A stretch of DNA of 64,000 nt from Selaginella moellendorffii (taxonomy: Eukaryota; Plantae; Lycopodiophyta), in the NCBI RefSeq assembly GCF_000143415.4, contig NW_003314273.1, positions 2,790,719 to 2,854,718 of the forward strand, given 5' to 3'. Both the position numbers and the translations under genes were made by a program. How positions within the stretch are numbered: the first letter of the stretch is position 1; every line of letters starts with the position of its first letter. Positions 56,224-64,000 of this stretch are shown here, piece after piece. Under the pieces are notes generated by a model, which was not told the DNA's origin, did no database searches, and saw nothing but the letters and a program-made list of their open reading frames with translations.

Positions 56224-58158
56224 CTATGTAACTATGTGAGAATTGGCAATAAGAACATATGGAGCACTGTTACTAGGCTCCACACTAATGGCATTTTTCA
56301 TTGCATTGTAACTATGTGAGAATTGGCAATAAGAACATATGGAGCACTGTTACTAGGCTCCACACTAATGGCATTTTTCATTGCATCTCCACTCGCTACA
56401 GCTCCAAGCAAGCACTTCCAATCCATGGAATCTGGGTAGTATGGCATCTCCCACAGAAGATTCTCAGCATCTTGGATCTGACAAGCACACCAATCATACA
56501 CGAGTAGTGTTGCTTTGAGGGTTTGATAGAGTGATCAAACTGGAAAGACACAAAGAGATCCCGAGCTATGGCAACAGTGCCTTTGTGAGCGCACAACGTG
56601 AGCAAAGCTGTTAAACTAGCTTCATCAGGTGTATTAGTAGTGACCATGGTTTGCAAGGCATCCAAGGCTCTCAAAATGGCCCCAATCCAAGAGTATGCTG
56701 CCAGCATTGCATCCCAAGGTATGAGATCCTTGTCCGGCATTGTTAAGAATATCCGATTTGCCATATCCAGATGCCCGTTTTGGGTATATGCAGAAAGCAT
56801 TGCACTCCATGAAGATTGGTTTCTCTCTTGGATTGAATCAAACACACTTTTGGCTTCCAGTAACTGAGAATTTGATGCAAAACCAGACAAGGGAGCATTG
56901 AAAGCAATAGCGCTCTTTTCATTGGAGTTGTCAAAAATTCTCTTGGCAAGAAGCATATGTCCACTTCGGGCATATGCCGACATGAGCACAATCAGCGGTA
57001 TCTCGCTGTGACCCGGCATTTTTTCGAAAATCCACAGGGCGTCTTCTATCCTGTGGGTTGTTTACATATCCTGTCAGCATTGCAGTCCACATAACCTCGT
57101 TTCGCTCCTTCATTCCATCAAAGAGTTTCTTTGCAGACCTAAATATATGGCTTCGGTGTCGTGAGTCCGTCCTCATCGAGAATACAAGCGCAGCATTGCA
57201 GTGCAAGCAAACGCGTTGTGGCGCTGCATGGTGTAAAATATTTGCTCAGCCTCCGCGATGCTACTGTCCTCGTGATCTGCGTAAGCGGACAGGGTTACCG
57301 CGCATGAAACCACATCGATACACTCCATCGACTCAAACAGATTCTTTGCCTCGTGAAAGCAGCCACTTTCCGCCAAGACGACAAGAAAAACCGTGGAGGC
57401 AACCAAATCCTTGTGAGGCAGCGCGAGGAAGAAACACTTGGCATCTTCCAAAAGGCCGTGCTGGCCAAAGCACTGAATCATGGACGTAAAAGACAGAGCA
57501 TCAAATTCTGGCATGTTGGAGAAGATGTGCTTCGCCTCCTGCAAATGCCCAGCTTGGGCAAGTGCTGATAGTTGGGAGTTCCAAGCAACAAGGTCTCTCT
57601 CAGGCATGGGGCTGAAGAGTGTCGTTATTTGAAACAATTTGGTGGATTTGGATAGAATTGTGGTCCAAGATATTAAGCTCCTTTCTGGCATAAGCTCAAA
57701 GAGCTGCATTTCTTTATCCAAATGCCCGTTTGTGGCATATGCTAAGATCATTGCATTCCATGCTACAAGGCCTCTCTCATGGAATCGAAAACTTCTTTCG
57801 CCTGTAGGAGTAAGCCATGCCTAGAGAAGGCAGTGATCATGATTGACCATGAAGCAACATCCCATTCGGGCATTCGATCAAACAACTGCTTTGCTTGGTC
57901 AAGGTGGCTGTTTGATGCGAAGGCAGAGAGCATGGCATTCCACGAGAATCGATTCCGTGATGTAGAGCCGCAGAAGATTTGCCATGCTGCTTCTGGGCAT
58001 CCACACCTCCCATACATTTGCACCACCAAATTGCATGCCAAGCAGTCTCCTACTGCGAGGAGGTGCTCAATCTCATTGTGGAGCTTAGAGGCTGTGGATA
58101 GATTGGTACACTTCTTTATTTCATCCAACAAAAGCTCTCGACAATCTAGTGTTAACAT
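56224..58158 (-). pseudogene. PLS-E PPR pseudogene (type A) with ~81-bp tandem duplication of its 3' end
   Basis: -4 slippage in the (GA)n at ~57775, internal deletions, and a duplicated 3' end at 56227-56386. Confidence 0.88.
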
Positions 58159-58184
58159 GGTTCTCTGTTGAAAAAACCATATAA

Positions 58185-59175
58185 TCATGAACAATCTTGG
58201 ATGGTTCCTTGGTTGTTGTAGAAACAATCATCAATTCGGAGATTAGTTTCATGATCAACATTACTTTTATCTTTGCACTTTTGTGGCATACTCTCTCTCT
58301 CTCTCTCTCTCTCTCACTCACACACACACACAATTCATGGAATAAAAAAAAGGAGTAAGCCATGCCGAGAGAAGGCAGTGATCATGATCGACCATGAAAC
58401 AAGGTCCCATTCGATCAAACAACTGCTTTGCTTGGTCAAGATGGCTGTCTGATGCGGCATGGCATTCCATTCCTCGATCTAGATACTTGCCATGCCGCCT
58501 CAGGGCATCCACACCTCCCATACATTTGCACCAGAAAATTGGATGCCAAACAATCTCCTGCCGCAAGGACGTGCTAGATCTCATTGTGAAGCTTACAAGC
58601 TGCAGATAGATTGCTACACGTTTTTATTCCATCCAATAAAACCTCTTGACCATACATTGCTCTCTATGAGAAAAAAAGCATATCTGTGGATGCAATCTTG
58701 GCTAGTGCCTTGAGAGTTGTAGAAACAATCATCGATTCGGAGATTAGTGTCTTGACCTACACCACCATCGTCTTTGCAACTTTGGGATTTCCATTTGTAA
58801 AATTCAAACATGCATGTCTCAATTTGAGAAAGTGGGGCTGTAAATTAATATGCAATCGCGATCGGTAAAGATTCTTCAAACCGTGATATCACACCCGTAT
58901 AAAACCTTTGCCAGTGGGAATCGCATATTATGTCTGCTAGTACTGAATTTACATTAGATCTAAGCATAGATCCATATATTATGGAGAGAATTTTTTGCCA
59001 GCATCTAAGAATCTAGTTCCACCACATGATCATTGTGGATCATTCAAAACTAAGAAATTTCAGACTTTCCAGGGACACACTGTTCTACATGACTATTGGC
59101 TATATTGAAAGTGCTTACAAAGCGAAATCCCCCAGAAATGATCAAGCCACACAACAATCACTTTGTACAACCATT
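58185..59175 (-). pseudogene. CVNH C-terminal stub, type-B PPR relic and type-B CVNH relic, joined through a (CT)n(CA)n microsatellite
   Basis: Homologous to 53650-53745, 54830-55177 and 55210-55670. Confidence 0.65.
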
Positions 59176-59637
59176 CTGAAAATTTGACTATCTCAATCCA
59201 GAGATGAAACCAGCATAGAGCAGAATTTCACAGGAGGTTCATGGATGATCCAATCCAATTGATGGTGATCACTGTCAATCAAATCCTCGAGAAGTTTGAT
59301 TGGGAAAAATTCAATCAAGACGCTTTTGGAGAAGCAATTTCTAGAAAAAACTGGCGCGTCAAGGGGACTGGAATCTCGCCACGTACGCGCAAAAAGCCAC
59401 GTGGCTTGCATAGATTCGCCGCCACTAGGCGTGTGTTCTTGACCACGTCTGGCTCCACGCTTTCGATTGACGCAATAAAAGCACCATTCCTCGTTTGGTG
59501 GCACAGTCTGTGCTCTGCGATCTCATCCCCTCCCATCTCCGCTCCCTCCAATTCGATCAATCCGGTAGCCAGTAGCGCTAGCATCCAGATCCTCTCCTCC
59601 AATTCGCGTCAATTCCATGCTATAGATTACAGGATCT

Positions 59638-59937
59638 ATGGCTTACTTCAAATCTATGGCAACTATGGCGGCTGCCACGGCCACTGCAGCGATCTACGAG
59701 GCTCGAGTCCATCACTTCCATCACGACTCGCCTTCCTCCTCCGCGAATTCGCCAGATCATGAGCAATTCCACCAGGATCCCTCGTCAGGAGCGCACAGCC
59801 AAGGGGCAAGCAGCAAGATCCAAGCTCAGGATCACAAGAACCAAGGGGGAGGAGTGATGGGCAGTGGTTGTATCCCACAGCATCAAGACCCAAGGCTCCA
59901 TTTCTTCGATACTCTCATCCCTGGCACTAGATACTAG
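59638..59937 (+). CDS. 99-aa small protein of unknown function (copy 3, probable source position)
   Basis: Open ORF convergent with the only multi-exon CWC25 copy. Confidence 0.55.
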   Translation: MAYFKSMATMAAATATAAIYEARVHHFHHDSPSSSANSPDHEQFHQDPSSGAHSQGASSKIQAQDHKNQGGGVMGSGCIPQHQDPRLHFFDTLIPGTRY

Positions 59938-60099
59938 CGATAGAAACGAAAATGCTCCCATTCATCGATGATTCCTCCAATTGTCAATAAATTCCATGAC
60001 CTCTCATACTAAAAGAACTCCAATTGATTGATCAAATGGTTCTTTAGTTCTTCCCAGTCGATGATAGTTTACACCCAAAAAGTTTCTTTGCCATCTCTA

Positions 60100-61453
60100 C
60101 GTATGATCGCCTAAACGCGTTCTTGTCCGTGAACTTCTCGCGGTAGTGCGATCGCCGATGCAAAGTGTCCGCGACCGAGGCACTGCCTCCATTCTCGGTG
60201 CCATAGACACTCCTGTTCGTCTCGTCCAGGAAGTTCTTCCCCGACGTGATCGAGTCCTTCTCCTCCTGGACAGCGTCGCTCGCCGAGGCGCGTTTGATCC
60301 GCTGCCATCGCTGCTCCTCGTGGAGCTCCGCGTCCTGCTGCATCTCTCTCAGCCGCGCCATCTTCTCCTCCTCGCGGCAGCGGTGGCTTGCCGGAGCCAC
60401 GGTTTTCCTCCCTGTCCCGTCTTCGTGCCTGCGATGCCGATCATCCACGTCTGGGCTATCGTCTCTCCCGCTTTCTACTTCTCGTATCATCGCCCTCGCG
60501 AACTTGGTTGCTTCTGTACCTGTCTTGCTCGTCTGTCTCGGGAATTCTTTTGCTGCGATCTTCTCGATCATCCCGTGAAGAAGCAACTATTTTGTTTCTA
60601 TGCCTGTCTTCCTCGTCGCTGTCCTCGGCAGATCTTTTCCTCCTGCTATACCTGTCATCCTCATCGGAAGCTCTTTTGTTTCCATCGTCATCCTCCTCGG
60701 CGGCTCTTCTGCTTCGATCAGCTCTCTTTGCTTCTGGCTCGCCAGCTTCACCGTTCTCTTTCATTTTCTTCTTCAGCGCCTTCCTTTTCTGCTTCTCCTC
60801 GGCTTTTATCTGTGCTTTCAATCGCTTCTTTTCGTCTTTAGCTTCCATCTTGCTCTCTACCTGCAAAAACAATCAAAGTTCCAGTTTTGTGTTAGAAAAA
60901 GTTCACAGGCAATCCTAAAAGGAGGGAAGAAAAACATACCTCTTTTCGCAAAGCTTCCATCTTCAAAGGATTGCTCTTGATTCGTTCCCGAGCGGCCAGC
61001 TCTTGCTGCTTAATCAAGAGCAAAGGATCCGACCGAGTTTTCCTCCACTTGTCATTAGCCGAGATCTTCTCTTCCACGAACAGCGATCCCGGCGTGGCGG
61101 CCACCTGCTGGATCACTCTCTCCTCTTTGGATTCTTCGAGAGGCTTACCAAGCAAATACTCCTCATTCGACGGCTTGCCAACGCCCAACCCCGCGTCCTG
61201 GAAAAACCAAGCAAAATTCCCATCAGTCACTCGCTGGCGCGCAGAGAAAATCTAAAATCTAGCTAGAACACTTACGGCACCAGCCCCGCTTGCTCGTGGA
61301 GCTTGCGAAATTCCAAATGATCCTGCTCCTCCCTGATCTGCTTCTGGAGCTCCTCGAGCTTCCGCTTCTCCGCCTCGCGGCCTTCCACACCGTCTCGATG
61401 TTGCGCAGGCTGCCCGTGTGCCATCCCTTCTTGTTGAGAAACTTGAGCGCCAT
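60100..61453 (-). pseudogene. CWC25: Pre-mRNA splicing factor CWC25-like gene, multi-exon but frameshifted
   Basis: N-terminal MALKFLNKKGWHTGSLRNIETVWKA, middle exon EEYLLGK...DKWRKTRSDPLLLIKQQE and charged last exon. Frameshifts at ~61378 and in the last exon. Confidence 0.8.
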
Positions 61454-62361
61454 AGCGGGATCCTCACGAACCCTAACTCAAGAGCCCTAAAGGTTTCATT
61501 TATAGCAAACCATTAAGGTCAAGTATAGCCCTAAACAAAGTTTCCTAGATATCAGGGGCCGTGAGGAGCATATTCCGTCGCGCATCTCCGTCGCGTGCTC
61601 TCCGGGGCTTTCATTAATAAGCGTCGGCACATGCACCACTAAATGCCGCCTTGCAATCGTCGTCGTCCGGTCGCGGAGATCGACGGCCTTAATGGCGCCA
61701 GCGGGGCAGAGGCCGGGGCTCTTAATTCCAGCTTTGGCATTCAAGTCCCCTGCGTATTTCCCCGCGCTCGGCCACCGCGCGGTGCTGGACGCGGTGTTTG
61801 GTGCTTTACTTTCCACTCGCTAGATTGGCCGTGCGGCTGACGCACGTGTGCCGCACAAGGCCGCGTCGCCACATTGGCGGAAGAGAGTAGCGTCTCGCCT
61901 TCCTTCTCTCTCACACCCAATCTCGTGGAGCTACATTTTTTATTTTTCTAGGTCAGCTGTTGCTGCCACAGATTTGTTGCGAGCGCTTTCGATTCGAGGT
62001 GATGGCGCAGCGAGCAGCGCTGCTCGACAATCTCACGCTCGTTCTTCGAGGAAGAAATTTCTGGCGCTGCGCGGCGGATTGCTCATCGTCTACTCCGGTA
62101 GCTGGAGCGTCATCGGATTTTCCCTAGGTAGAGCACAGGAATCGTAGCTAGAGCTAGAAATTGGGCAAATATTATCCTCGCGACTGTGTTCTTCGTCCTC
62201 TTCGGCGGCTGGGATTTTGCGCCATGGGATCTTCGCTAGCTAGAGTAGAAGTAGAACACAGGTGGGGAGGAATCGAGCGTAGCTAGAGCTAGAAATTTGG
62301 GAAAATATTTCGGGATTGGATTTGCAAATGTATATGGAGGGGAGCTGATTTGCGCTGGGCA

Positions 62362-63947
<1,586 letters not shown>

Positions 63948-64000
63948 TGAATTTTGTACTCGCTTGCCTCATAACTACGCATTTTTGTATTTTTATGTGT

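Overview
Eukaryotic plant nuclear DNA, most consistent with a lycophyte such as Selaginella. This is an inference from the ~60-100 nt introns, the tight gene packing, PLS-E PPR genes and a cyanovirin-N homolog. Nearly all of 1-61.5 kb is a mosaic of direct and inverted segmental duplications of one multi-gene module: CWC25 3' exon >< 99-aa small ORF | CVNH lectin > PLS-E PPR >< CCD4/NCED-like dioxygenase <> PPR relic. Most copies are pseudogenes. The open-frame genes are two CVNH lectins (6009-6398, 13173-13559), two PPRs (13587-15530, 51698-53632), one carotenoid cleavage dioxygenase (38694-40556), three small-ORF copies and an NDR kinase starting at 62362. Inserted elements are a short-LTR Copia, a deleted Gypsy carrying a nested TRIM, and a decayed chromovirus carrying a nested solo LTR. 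Captured fragments of NPF/PTR transporter, sideroflexin and FAD-oxidase genes sit at rearrangement junctions. The most notable signals are: (1) the CVNH lectin ORF ends 27 nt before the PPR start, and both ORFs have their own conserved splice acceptor; (2) the CVNH copies carry clustered amino-acid divergence; (3) two unrelated insertions hit the same few bases of the CCD gene; (4) the Gypsy has a 47-nt tRNA-Ala-complementary PBS; (5) there is a perfect 78-bp hairpin. Family assignments are by eye from remembered motifs; no database search was run.
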